Positions 49,847 through 59,895 of a stretch of DNA of 64,000 bases are shown piece after piece. The stretch covers positions 512,001 to 576,000 of the forward strand of contig CAWAOD010000009.1 in NCBI GenBank assembly GCA_963783575.1, written 5' to 3'. A program made the position numbers and the translations under genes. This DNA is from an uncultured Spirochaetota bacterium (GTDB lineage Bacteria > Spirochaetota > Brevinematia > Brevinematales > JAOACQ01). A model generated the notes under the pieces. That model was given only the letters and a program-made list of their open reading frames with translations, did no database searches and had not been told where the DNA came from. How positions within the stretch are numbered: the stretch's first letter is position 1; each line of letters starts with the position of its first letter.

Positions 49847-50065
49847 TTATTGTGAATTATTTATTGATAATACTGATAAGATATTTTGATTATTTTTATA
49901 TGAAGGCTTCTTTATTTTTTATAATTGGTCCGGTGTATAAATAAAGATCCTCGAGGTATTAAAATCAGAAAAACTGAAAGTATCTTATATTGGAATTCCC
50001 TCGGTAGAGCTCGGGATAAACTCCGCATAGCTTTGAGGAATTAAACTGGTCAAGCGGCACGCTTG

Positions 50066-51334
50066 TTAAGATAAAATCAACCCTGGTACCGGAAACTTCA
50101 GGCACATCTCTTCAACTTCTTTTTTTACGATTTCCAGTTCAGTTTCATTCTTATAACTTTTGAGCGCCCGGATAATCCATCCGCCGATTTTTATCATTTC
50201 GGATTCCTTCATTCCCCGTGTTGTGGCAGCCGGAGTTCCAAGCCTGATACCGCTTGGTTTTAGAGGCGGATTTGGGTCATCTGGTATAACCTGTTTATTT
50301 GTAGTTATTGAAACCCTGTCAAGTACCTGTTCAGCCAGTTTACCGTCAATACCGAAACTCTTTACTGTATCAAGAACCATCATATGGTTATCCGTACCGT
50401 TCGTAACAAGTCTGGCACCTTTTTCCATTAGAGTTTGTGAAAGTACTTTTGCATTATTCAATATCTGTACGGCATAATCTTTAAACCCGGGTTCAAGGGC
50501 CTTGCCTAAGGTAACTGCAATAGCCGCGACCGTATGCATATGCGGACCTCCCTGCAGGCCTGGGAACACAGATTTATCAATGATGCCGGAGTACTGCTGT
50601 CTGCACATAATCAGTGCACCTCTTGGCCCTCTGAGGCTTTTATGGGTCGTTGCCGTAACTATATCGAATCCGTAATCAAAGGGGTTTTTCATAACCCCTC
50701 CGGCTATTAAACCGCCTATGTGAGCAACATCTGCCATGGTTAAAGCCCCAACCTCATCAGCAACGGCTTTAAAATCCTTATAATCGTAATCCCTGGGGTA
50801 GGATGTATAGCCACAAAGAACGATTTTGGGTTTTGTTTCCCTCGCAATTTTCATGAGATGGTCAAAATCGATTTTTCCCTTATTTTCCGGGTCTGTTTTA
50901 TAGCGGACAAAATTGAATATTTTTCCCATATGTGATACGGGTGCTCCATGGGTTAAATGTCCTCCATGGGAAAGATCCATTCCCAGAACTGTGTCACCGG
51001 GCTTCAGAAAGGCGAGGTAAACAGCCTGGTTCATCGGTGAACCCGACAAGGCCTGAACATTGACGTGTTCACAGCGGAAAAGCCTTTTTGCCCTTTCAAT
51101 TGCCAGAAGCTCGATTTTGTCGGTAAATTCCTGGCCCCCGTAATATCTCCTGCCTGGATATCCTTCCGAATATTTGTTTGTGAAAACTGAGCCGTTTGCG
51201 GCAAGTACTTCAGGGTAGGTATAATTTTCAGACGGGATAAGTTCAATTCCCTTTTTTTCCCTAATTTCTTCCCCAAGAATTGCATTAAATACTTCAGGAT
51301 CGTTATTTTTCAGCATCTCCCAATTCTTATCCAT
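50066..51334 (-). CDS. glyA: Serine hydroxymethyltransferase
   Basis: ELIPSENY, NKYSEGYPGRRYYGG, GGHLTHG, TTHKSLRGPRG, QGGP, SGIRLGT. Confidence 0.97.
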   Translation of the reverse strand: MDKNWEMLKNNDPEVFNAILGEEIREKKGIELIPSENYTYPEVLAANGSVFTNKYSEGYPGRRYYGGQEFTDKIELLAIERAKRLFRCEHVNVQALSGSPMNQAVYLAFLKPGDTVLGMDLSHGGHLTHGAPVSHMGKIFNFVRYKTDPENKGKIDFDHLMKIARETKPKIVLCGYTSYPRDYDYKDFKAVADEVGALTMADVAHIGGLIAGGVMKNPFDYGFDIVTATTHKSLRGPRGALIMCRQQYSGIIDKSVFPGLQGGPHMHTVAAIAVTLGKALEPGFKDYAVQILNNAKVLSQTLMEKGARLVTNGTDNHMMVLDTVKSFGIDGKLAEQVLDRVSITTNKQVIPDDPNPPLKPSGIRLGTPAATTRGMKESEMIKIGGWIIRALKSYKNETELEIVKKEVEEMCLKFPVPGLILS

Positions 51335-51421
51335 AATTTTCATCCTTTTTAATAATTAATTAGATGATATTATATATGACCGGTTTTAAAAACTCAAAAA
51401 CTTGACCGGATTTTCTAAAAA

Positions 51422-52273
51422 TCAGTTTCTTGTTTTGGGTTCAAGTATTAGCCCTTTTTCAATTGTTTCACCGTCCAGAATCCAGATCTGGTCGTTGGCT
51501 TGGCTTTCCAACTTAATTAGACGCCTTTTCGGGGATTTTTCAATATAAAAAATCATAGATTCGGTAAACTGCTTTAATAAAGCAGCAAGGAAAGGATCGG
51601 CGCATACCATGACAACTTTGTCAGTGTTAAAAACGCCGAGCGGAGTTTCTATCTTTTCTTCACCGATTTTGGTCAATGTTCCGATGACAGGTTCTTTTGT
51701 CGCCGGATTGAAAAGGTTAAATGCTCCTCCTCCGTCCCAGTTGAGAAGCCGTCCGCCCCAGAATACAAATGCGTCATAGTACCAGAGAGGGTATGATGTG
51801 TCGATATTTTTGGTTGTAAAACGCTGTTCCCTTGATTCATACCCGTCCCAAAAGCGGGCGACCGTCGTATAATTTGAACCAAATGTCATATCGTAGAAGT
51901 AAAGACCTTTGTTATCATTTTTATTTACAAATTCATCAGTATCATCCAGATGGTACTTTGTCATAGAAGCTGTATTAAGGTCAACGATGGCGTACCAGGT
52001 ATAATTGGTATAATTTGAAGGCCTTTTTTCCTTTGATGTGAAAATATAACGATTTAGATAGGCTTTAACCTTGTTTTTTGTGACAAACCGGGTGATCATA
52101 TTGAATTCCCCGTATTTTTCCCTGCCAATATAAATAGTATAATGAAGGTTTTCACCGTCCGGGATTTCCACATTGCTTCTCAATGTCATAGGATGTGTCT
52201 TTCCTGATACAATAGCGGCAAAGGCAGTGAATGCCAGTATTGAAAAAATCCTCAATAAAGATTTACTTTTCAT
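51422..52273 (-). CDS. Secreted hypothetical protein (paralog 1 of the ADPF family; DUF3108-like)
   Basis: Signal peptide; DGENLHY, WDGYE, EKIETPLGVFNT, ADPFL, EKSPKRRL. Confidence 0.7.
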   Translation of the reverse strand: MKSKSLLRIFSILAFTAFAAIVSGKTHPMTLRSNVEIPDGENLHYTIYIGREKYGEFNMITRFVTKNKVKAYLNRYIFTSKEKRPSNYTNYTWYAIVDLNTASMTKYHLDDTDEFVNKNDNKGLYFYDMTFGSNYTTVARFWDGYESREQRFTTKNIDTSYPLWYYDAFVFWGGRLLNWDGGGAFNLFNPATKEPVIGTLTKIGEEKIETPLGVFNTDKVVMVCADPFLAALLKQFTESMIFYIEKSPKRRLIKLESQANDQIWILDGETIEKGLILEPKTRN

Positions 52274-52405
52274 AATAAACCTCTTTAAAACAAAATGCAA
52301 AAATTTCTTTTTGCTTCGGATAAATCATACAAACTTGCGGTAATTTTTTCAATAGGACTATCGCCTCAAAATACTTGAATATAATTGGGTAAATGGCCTT
52401 ATTTA

Positions 52406-53323
52406 TTATTCTCTTATTTTATTAATAAGACCGATTCGGTTCTTGATGTGTAATTTTTTATAAATATTGTAAATATGATTTTTTACAGTTTTTATGGAAA
52501 TAAATAGTTCCTGTGCTATAATTCCGCTTGTCTGGCCCCGTATTATCCTGAAAATTATCTCTTTTTCCCTTGATGAAATTTCATATTTCAGAAAGAAATT
52601 TTCTGGGATTTCAATAGGTAAAATCATTTCTGCCTTCAGACGCAATTCTTTTCTAATCAAAAAAATCAAACATAGATTATATAAAAGGTAATAAATCAGT
52701 ACAGGTATAGTGAGATTAGAATAAAAATTATAAAAAAGTGTTCGATTTAGATAAATTTCTCCTAAAAATCCTGGGATGATTATTCCTGAAATGCTGATTG
52801 TAAGCGTTATAAACCATTCAAAGGATGTAATTTTTGCACGGATGGACCAGAGAAGAACGGATAAATAAATGAACATAATTATCTCGGTTATCTGCAGGAT
52901 TAATTCATTTCTAAGAACTAAAGTTTTTAATGGTTTGAAAAATATTAACAAATAAGGAAGCAGATATACAGCTAGAGCTATTATCGCAACAGTTAGCGGA
53001 AAAATAAATATTTTTTTTCCCGGATCGTTTTTGAGTGAACGGATCAGTGTAATCTGGATAAAATAAATATAGAAAAATATAGTCAAGATATATATATAAT
53101 AATAAAGAGCTTTCAAATAGCTGATGTAAAAGAAAGGATAATTTATCCAGACATAATAAACAGCCATCATTAGCACCATAATAATAAAGAGAAAAATTGA
53201 AACAAAAACCTGGTCAAGAATCATTCTTACTTTTTTTTGAAGATAAGTAAAAAGGAGGACCCCGGTTATGGCAAACCCAATAATTATAGAAATGAGAAAT
53301 AAGACTAGAAGAATTATATTCAT
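52406..53323 (-). CDS. Membrane-bound LuxR-type regulator (multi-TM sensor + C-terminal HTH)
   Basis: About 7 hydrophobic segments; ISSREKEII, IAQELFISIKTVKNHIYNIYKKL. Confidence 0.88.
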   Translation of the reverse strand: MNIILLVLFLISIIIGFAITGVLLFTYLQKKVRMILDQVFVSIFLFIIMVLMMAVYYVWINYPFFYISYLKALYYYIYILTIFFYIYFIQITLIRSLKNDPGKKIFIFPLTVAIIALAVYLLPYLLIFFKPLKTLVLRNELILQITEIIMFIYLSVLLWSIRAKITSFEWFITLTISISGIIIPGFLGEIYLNRTLFYNFYSNLTIPVLIYYLLYNLCLIFLIRKELRLKAEMILPIEIPENFFLKYEISSREKEIIFRIIRGQTSGIIAQELFISIKTVKNHIYNIYKKLHIKNRIGLINKIRE

Positions 53324-53347
53324 TAATTTTCTCTGCTTATTATTTTA

Positions 53348-53489
53348 AATATGGGCAGTTCCAAAAACTCCGCATAAGTCACCCTAAGCTTGACGAATGG
53401 GTGACAAGTTTTGATGTAATTATAGTCATACTTCGTCAAGCTCAGTATGACACTTATGGCATAAATTAGTTTTTAGAACTGCTCATATT
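53348..53489. mobile_element. REPIN/MITE-like element containing an inverted REP pair
   Basis: TIRs AATATGGGCAGTTCCAAAAACT / AGTTTTTAGAACTGCTCATATT (20 of 22 match); internal GTCACCCTAAGCTTGACGAATGGGTGAC and GTCATACTTCGTCAAGCTCAGTATGAC. Confidence 0.7.
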
Positions 53490-53545
53490 ATAATTGAAAT
53501 ACTGAAAAAGTGAAATCTAAATTGATTTGTAATTTTAATGTTGAA

Positions 53546-54688
53546 TCATGTTTTTTTGATCAATTCATCCAGGGCAATATCGGTACGGCTTTTACAGACT
53601 GTTACAAATGAAAAAACATACGCTGTGAATGAATCCGATCCAGGCTCCAGGGTTAATATATGCCTTTTAAGGTTTGAATTCTTTGTGATTTTATACATTC
53701 GAGCCTCGTCTATTAAAATATATGTTTTACCATTTGATTCGGTTTTAATATCTTCACCCCTGTCATCAATATCGACAGGCTTTGCGTCCTGATAAATATA
53801 AACTTTAAAGTTTGTTTCTCCGGCAGGTTTAATAACAAGATTTGCTTCTGCGGCTATATAATTCATTATAAGCTTACCGCTGCCTGGTGAACCGGAAAAT
53901 TTTACACTATCATACCGCGCATCCCATTTTCCATGAAGATAAAAATTATCAGGCAAAACTTTATTAGGTTGTTTATAATTAGCGGTATCGTCTTTTATGA
54001 ATCCATCGGCATTTCCAATAATACCCCGGCTATAGCCAAGATATGTTACAGGTGTGATACGGTAGCAAATTGCGCCCTCCTTATCTGCATTACGGATAGG
54101 CTCCATTATTTCGGGAAGATCGACTTTGGGATCTTTCTCCTGAAGAAGTTTCTGGATCATTGTCTCGACATTGCCGTAATTCCTTTCGCCATAAGATATG
54201 TAACGTAAAATCCCGTTTTTATCGAAAATATACTTTGCTGGCCAGGCATGATTTCTGAAGATATACCAAAAAATATAATCATTATCCATTACAACGGGAT
54301 AAAGGATCCCCATTTCACGGACAGCATTTACAATATTTTCCCTTTCCTCTCCGAATGAAAACTCCGGTGTATGAACTCCAATAATCATTAATCCTTTATC
54401 ACTATATCTCTTATACCACTCCTTCATATAAGGAATTGTACGAATAAAATTTATACTGGTATATTCCCAGAAATCGATCATTACGACCTTGCCTTTAAGA
54501 TTGCTGAGAACTTCCGGACTGCCATTTATCCAGGCGTTTGTTTCAAAATTGGGAAGTATAGGCATTGATATTTTATTTGAAAATAAATCCTCCGGATCAT
54601 ATCGTGAATCATTGGTTTTATTTTTGCCGTAACTTAACATTCCAAATGATATTATAAATAATATAATAGGTAATTTTAAAACCTTCAT
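53546..54688 (-). CDS. DipZ-like redoxin protein lacking CxxC
   Basis: LKGKVVMIDFWEYTSINFIRTIPY, IGVHTPEF, NHAWPAKY, TYLGY, ARMY. Confidence 0.85.
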   Translation of the reverse strand: MKVLKLPIILFIISFGMLSYGKNKTNDSRYDPEDLFSNKISMPILPNFETNAWINGSPEVLSNLKGKVVMIDFWEYTSINFIRTIPYMKEWYKRYSDKGLMIIGVHTPEFSFGEERENIVNAVREMGILYPVVMDNDYIFWYIFRNHAWPAKYIFDKNGILRYISYGERNYGNVETMIQKLLQEKDPKVDLPEIMEPIRNADKEGAICYRITPVTYLGYSRGIIGNADGFIKDDTANYKQPNKVLPDNFYLHGKWDARYDSVKFSGSPGSGKLIMNYIAAEANLVIKPAGETNFKVYIYQDAKPVDIDDRGEDIKTESNGKTYILIDEARMYKITKNSNLKRHILTLEPGSDSFTAYVFSFVTVCKSRTDIALDELIKKT

Positions 54689-54938
54689 GCTTTTGTCTTT
54701 TCCTAATAAATATTAATTAATAATAATCAATTAAAGTAATGTCGTCAATGAAAAAAATGAGGTGAGAATAAATTTAAAAAGCCATTCCTTTTCCTTTATG
54801 GATCGGAGTTTTAATAATTTTATTTCACTGCCTGATATAAACCACTTGACAATTTATTATGCCGTCTTATCATAATTATATTTAAAATCATCAATATGTA
54901 TGAAAAAATATATCAAATTATAATTCAGGAGATTAATT

Positions 54939-56771
54939 ATGAGGAAAATTTGTTTGCTGTTTTTTGTTATGTTTGTTATTTCAATATTCAGCGCTATCGG
55001 TGCGCAGGAAAGTATCGAAACAAGAGTTGAGTCGATACTTAATCAAATGACGATGGATGAAAAAGTTGGCCAGATGGTTCAAATTGAAAGGTCTGCGATT
55101 AGTGCGGCAGAAGTTGGAAATTATTTCATCGGTTCGGTATTAAGCGGTGGAAATGACGTGCCTGCCGGAATAACAGCCGAGAAGTTAGCAGATATGATTG
55201 ATCCTTACTTCAAGCAGGCCATGAACACAAGGCTTAAAATACCGCTTATTTACGGTATCGACTCCGTTCATGGATTTAGTTCTATAGTTGGAACAGTTGT
55301 TTTCCCTCATAATATAGGCATGGGCGCAACGCATAACCCCACACTTACAGAGAAAAAGGCTGTTATAACAGCCGATGAAACAGCAGCAACGGGAATACGC
55401 TGGGCTTTTGCGCCCTGCATCGCAGTTGTCCAGGACATACGATGGGGGAGGACATATGAAAGCTTTGGTGAAAACACGAAATTGGTTTCATCATTGGGAG
55501 CGGCTACTGTTAAAGGGCTTCAGGGAGAACTTACGAATTCATGGAATATTGCGGCATGCGCCAAGCATTATATCGGGGACGGCGCAACAGAATACGGAAC
55601 AGGGTCTTTCGGGGCGATTGACCAGGGGGACGCAAAAATCACGGAAGAAGTATTAAGAAATAAGTTTCTCCCGCCATACAGCGAAGCAGTTAAAGCCGGC
55701 GTTAAAACAATTATGGTTTCGTATTCCGGCTGGAATGGGGTTAAGATGCATATGCAGAAGTACCTGATTACAGATATTTTAAAAGGCGAATTAAAATTTC
55801 AGGGATTTGTTGTGTCCGATTATGACGCCCTTCTTGAATTACCGGGGAATTCCGCGGATCAAATAAACGCGTCGGTAAATGCCGGGATAGATATGTTTAT
55901 GCTTTCTAAAAATTACATGGATTTTATCAATACCGTGAAAGCCCTTGTCAAAGATGGAAAAATACCGGTTTCCAGGATTGATGATGCTGTCAGCCGTATC
56001 ATTAAGGTAAAGTTGGAAATGGGACTGTTTGAAAAACCCTTTGCCGATAAAAACCTTTTAAAGGATGTCGGATCTAAAGAGCACAGGGAAGCGGCGAGGG
56101 AATGCGTCAGAGAGTCGATGGTGCTGTTAAAGAATCAAAATGGGATTTTACCGCTGTCTAAAAAAGTGAGAAAGATTTTTGTGGCCGGAAAAAGCGCCGA
56201 CGATATCGGCAATCAGTGCGGAGGATGGACGGTAACCTGGCAGGGCGGCAGCGGTAATACAACATCCGGAACCACGATTCTGCAGGCAATTAAAAAAACA
56301 GTTGATTCCAGCACTAAGGTTGTTTATGATAAATCAGGGAATGGCGCCTCAGGAGCCGACGCGGCGATTGTTGTGGCCGGTGAAAAACCTTACGCTGAGT
56401 TTTTCGGGGATATTTACAAATCCAGCCCATCAGCTCTCTGGATTATAAATTATAGTAAATCACTAAAGCTTAGCGATGAAGACTTGCGGACTATAGATAA
56501 TGTTAAAAAAGCCGGTATTCCTCTTGTTATAATCCTGATATCGGGACGGCCTTTACTGATTAACGACGTTCTTGATAAGAGCGATGCCTTCATCGCCGCA
56601 TGGCTTCCGGGAACTGAAGGACAGGGTGTCGCGGATGTAATTTTCGGGGATTACAATCCTACAGGCAGGCTTTCATTTTCCTGGCCGAAGGATGAAAGCC
56701 AGATACCGGTTGGAAAAATAGATTCCGGAAACCAGCCGTTATTTCCATTCGGTTATGGGCTAAACTATTAA
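54939..56771 (+). CDS. GH3 beta-glucosidase/exo-glucanase, exported
   Basis: EKVGQM, DSVHG, RWGRTYES, AKHYIGDG, VVSDY, GEKPYAE, WLPGTEG, FPFGYGL. Confidence 0.95.
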   Translation: MRKICLLFFVMFVISIFSAIGAQESIETRVESILNQMTMDEKVGQMVQIERSAISAAEVGNYFIGSVLSGGNDVPAGITAEKLADMIDPYFKQAMNTRLKIPLIYGIDSVHGFSSIVGTVVFPHNIGMGATHNPTLTEKKAVITADETAATGIRWAFAPCIAVVQDIRWGRTYESFGENTKLVSSLGAATVKGLQGELTNSWNIAACAKHYIGDGATEYGTGSFGAIDQGDAKITEEVLRNKFLPPYSEAVKAGVKTIMVSYSGWNGVKMHMQKYLITDILKGELKFQGFVVSDYDALLELPGNSADQINASVNAGIDMFMLSKNYMDFINTVKALVKDGKIPVSRIDDAVSRIIKVKLEMGLFEKPFADKNLLKDVGSKEHREAARECVRESMVLLKNQNGILPLSKKVRKIFVAGKSADDIGNQCGGWTVTWQGGSGNTTSGTTILQAIKKTVDSSTKVVYDKSGNGASGADAAIVVAGEKPYAEFFGDIYKSSPSALWIINYSKSLKLSDEDLRTIDNVKKAGIPLVIILISGRPLLINDVLDKSDAFIAAWLPGTEGQGVADVIFGDYNPTGRLSFSWPKDESQIPVGKIDSGNQPLFPFGYGLNY

Positions 56772-56857
56772 TTATTGATTTACAATGATTGCCTCAGAAA
56801 CAAGGAGTTTTATAAAGTGTCTCTGTGGCAAAAATATTATTTTAAACGGAGTTATCG

Positions 56858-58405
56858 ATGACTAAATATTTTACAAAAGAAAATTTGTTAAGTGAAAATG
56901 CCATTATCGCTTATTTTGTTTTGATCAAAATTATCATTACTTTATATCCGTATCAATACGGCATATTCCGTGATGTATTTTTGTATATTTCGATGAGTGA
57001 ACATCTTGGATTGGGTTATCTTGAAGTTCCACCAATTTCTCCATTTGTCCTCGCAATTGTGAGGTATTTTGTCGATACTTCATATTTTTCGATGCACATC
57101 ATTCAGGCAATCCTCGGTTCTGCATTTATCATAATTACCGCCTTAATGGCTAAAAAAATGGGCGGAGGTAAAATTGCCGTTCTGATAACCCTTGCCTGCA
57201 CCACGTTTGCACCCCAGTACATCGGCAGCGATGCAAATTTCGACTATAACACATTCAACAGGTTATTCTGGGCGCTGGCATTATATTCGATTTTGCTGTT
57301 ACTGGCATCAGAAAATAGAAAATACTGGATTTACTTCGGAATAGCCGCGGGATTCGGGCTTCTTTCGAAAATCACCATGCTTTACCTGGGTTTCGGGCTT
57401 TTTCTGGCTTTTTTAGCGGCCAGGGACAGGAAATATTTATTCGATAAAAGGTTTATTTTCGGAGGTTTGATTGCCCTCGCCATATTTCTTCCGTTTATTT
57501 TGTGGCAGGCTTATTACGGCTTTCCCATTATCGAATATTTAGCAAACTATAAAACCAAGCTTTACCAGGCATCCCCGCTGGAATATTTTACATCACAGAT
57601 AATTAATATGAATCTTTTTTCAATCCTTGTATGGATACCGGGATTATACTATTTTTTATTCAATAAAGAAGGTAAAAAATACCGGGTCTTCGGCCTGGGA
57701 TATATCATTATCGCGGCAATTTTTGTTATTCAGAAAGCGAAATATTACCTGATCGATCCTTATTATTCGGTATTGTTTGCAGGCGGGGCGGTTTACTTAA
57801 CAGGGATAATTGAAAAATATAAAATGGAGTGGCTTAAGCAACCCCTGATTTACTCAGTAATAATATGCGGCGTGGTATCGATACCCCTGGCACGGCCCAT
57901 CCTTCCACCGGAAGTTTATATCAAATATTCCCGGGCAATAGGGATAGGAAACGGTGTGTCAAAAGGTGAAATTTACAAAACAAGCGATCTTCCCCAATAT
58001 TTTGCCGACCAGTTCGGCTGGGAGGAAATGGCGCAGAAAGTTGCCGGAGTTTATCAGTCGCTTAGTAATGAAGATAAAAAGAAGGCCTGCATTTACGCAA
58101 GGAATTACGGCGAAGCCGGGGCGCTGCATTATTACAGGCAGAAATACGGTTATCCCGATCCTATCTGCAGCCATAACATCTTTTATTTCTGGGGGCCGGG
58201 TAATTATACCGGCGAGATTGTAATAGTGGTCGGAATATATGAAAAGGATAAAGACACTCTTGTACAAAATTTTGACAGCGTGACGGAGGCGGACAGGATT
58301 TACAATAAATACGCCATGCCGCAGGAGAATAATCCCGTTTATCTATGCAAGGGACTGCATGGAAATTTGAAGGAGTTCTGGAAGAAAATAAAACTTTTTA
58401 TTTGA
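56858..58405 (+). CDS. GT-C membrane glycosyltransferase (GT39/ArnT-like)
   Basis: YGIFRDVFLY, GYLEVPP, GLLSKITM, PFILWQ, NYGEAGAL; many TM segments. Confidence 0.85.
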   Translation: MTKYFTKENLLSENAIIAYFVLIKIIITLYPYQYGIFRDVFLYISMSEHLGLGYLEVPPISPFVLAIVRYFVDTSYFSMHIIQAILGSAFIIITALMAKKMGGGKIAVLITLACTTFAPQYIGSDANFDYNTFNRLFWALALYSILLLLASENRKYWIYFGIAAGFGLLSKITMLYLGFGLFLAFLAARDRKYLFDKRFIFGGLIALAIFLPFILWQAYYGFPIIEYLANYKTKLYQASPLEYFTSQIINMNLFSILVWIPGLYYFLFNKEGKKYRVFGLGYIIIAAIFVIQKAKYYLIDPYYSVLFAGGAVYLTGIIEKYKMEWLKQPLIYSVIICGVVSIPLARPILPPEVYIKYSRAIGIGNGVSKGEIYKTSDLPQYFADQFGWEEMAQKVAGVYQSLSNEDKKKACIYARNYGEAGALHYYRQKYGYPDPICSHNIFYFWGPGNYTGEIVIVVGIYEKDKDTLVQNFDSVTEADRIYNKYAMPQENNPVYLCKGLHGNLKEFWKKIKLFI

Positions 58406-58442
58406 TGTATTATCCTATTAAAATGAAAATGGAGGCTAAAAA

Positions 58443-59006
58443 ATGAAAGTTTTAGGTTTAATGGGAAGTCCGCGGAAAAATGGAAACACTTTTACCTTTC
58501 TTAACCGGGCTCTTGAAGGGGCCAGAGAAACCGGCGCGGATACGGATATTATTTTTGTGAATGATTTAAATATCCGCGGATGCCAGCGCTGTAATGCGCA
58601 TTTTCAGACTGGACAATGCATATTAAAAGACGACATGCGGCAGGTTTATGAAAAGATAAACAAATCGGATGTTATTATTTTCGCTTCCCCCAATTATCTG
58701 GGACAGATGACCGGCCAGTTGAAAATTGTTTATGATAGATTATATGCTTATACCGGAAAAGATGATAAAATAACATTATATAATCCAAAGGATAAAAAAG
58801 CAGGGCTTATTATGCCCCAGCGACAGCCGGATACTTCGGCTTATTCAAATTATGTCAAAATTGTAATGTATTATTTAAACCTGTATTTTGCCGGCAGGTC
58901 AAAAATCCTGATTGGTTCGGGATTGAGAGACGCGGGCGATGCGGCACGGAATACTGGATTTATGGAATCCGCTTACAACTTTGGAAAAGAATTGGCGCAG
59001 AGTTAA
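58443..59006 (+). CDS. Flavodoxin family / iron-sulfur flavoprotein-like protein
   Basis: GSPRKNGNT, CQRCNAH...C, KDDM, ASPNY. Confidence 0.88.
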   Translation: MKVLGLMGSPRKNGNTFTFLNRALEGARETGADTDIIFVNDLNIRGCQRCNAHFQTGQCILKDDMRQVYEKINKSDVIIFASPNYLGQMTGQLKIVYDRLYAYTGKDDKITLYNPKDKKAGLIMPQRQPDTSAYSNYVKIVMYYLNLYFAGRSKILIGSGLRDAGDAARNTGFMESAYNFGKELAQS

Positions 59007-59045
59007 AAAAGTTTCCGGCTGCTTCTTCCGGAAAGGAGAAAAACA

Positions 59046-59396
59046 ATGTCATCCGATAAAAGTTTTGTTGATTTCCTGGTCGATCAAATGGGAAATAAAG
59101 GTACAATAACCAGTAAAAAAATGTTTGGCGAATATGCGATTTATTATGACGGTAAGGTTGTCGCGCTTGTTAGCGATAACCAGCTTTTTGTAAAGCCTAC
59201 GGAAGGCGGAAGATCATTTATCGGGAACGTTGTTGAGGCTCCGGCTTACCCTGGAGCGAAAAAGAGCTTTCTGATTGAAGACAAATTCGAAGACAGTGAA
59301 TGGATAAGCCAATTAATAAGAATAACCGCTGATGAACTTCCGGATCCTAAACCAAAAAAGGGATATTCATCCAGGAGAAAAAGTGAATATTTTTGA
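59046..59396 (+). CDS. TfoX/Sxy N-terminal domain protein
   Basis: KKMFGEYAIY, DNQLFVKPT, PAYPGAK. Confidence 0.88.
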   Translation: MSSDKSFVDFLVDQMGNKGTITSKKMFGEYAIYYDGKVVALVSDNQLFVKPTEGGRSFIGNVVEAPAYPGAKKSFLIEDKFEDSEWISQLIRITADELPDPKPKKGYSSRRKSEYF

Positions 59397-59877
59397 AGCC
59401 GCTTATACAGGCGATTTAAGCATGATAAAGAATTATATAAAATACGGCGGAAATATTAACGAAACCAATATTACCGGCAGCACACTTTTAATGGTGGCGG
59501 CTACATACGGGCAGTCTGAAACCGTTAAAATCCTTATAGGCGCGGGCGCTAATGTTAACGCCGTTAACTATGACGGTATGACTGCCTTAATGTGGGCAAT
59601 GTCATTAATGGGAAACCTTGATACTGTGAAACTTTTAATCGGAGCCGGGGCCGATGTTAACGCGAAATATATCACAAGCAATATGGCCGGTACAACGGCT
59701 TTAATGCTTGCGGCAGGATCAGGTTCGGCAGATATTGTAGAATTGCTTATCGAAGCGGGAGCAGATATAAACGCAAGGGATAATGAGGGTAAAACCGCTT
59801 TAGGCCGGGCTTCTGAATTCGGCCATACCGGTATAGTAAATATGTTGAAAGAAGCAGGTGCAGAAGACAAAAATTAA
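59383..59877 (+). CDS. Ankyrin repeat protein
   Basis: Repeated G.TALM.A...LLI.AGADVNA; AGGAG before GTG 59383. Confidence 0.92.
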   Translation: MNIFEAAYTGDLSMIKNYIKYGGNINETNITGSTLLMVAATYGQSETVKILIGAGANVNAVNYDGMTALMWAMSLMGNLDTVKLLIGAGADVNAKYITSNMAGTTALMLAAGSGSADIVELLIEAGADINARDNEGKTALGRASEFGHTGIVNMLKEAGAEDKN

Positions 59878-59895
59878 TAAAAGAAATTCACAGGA

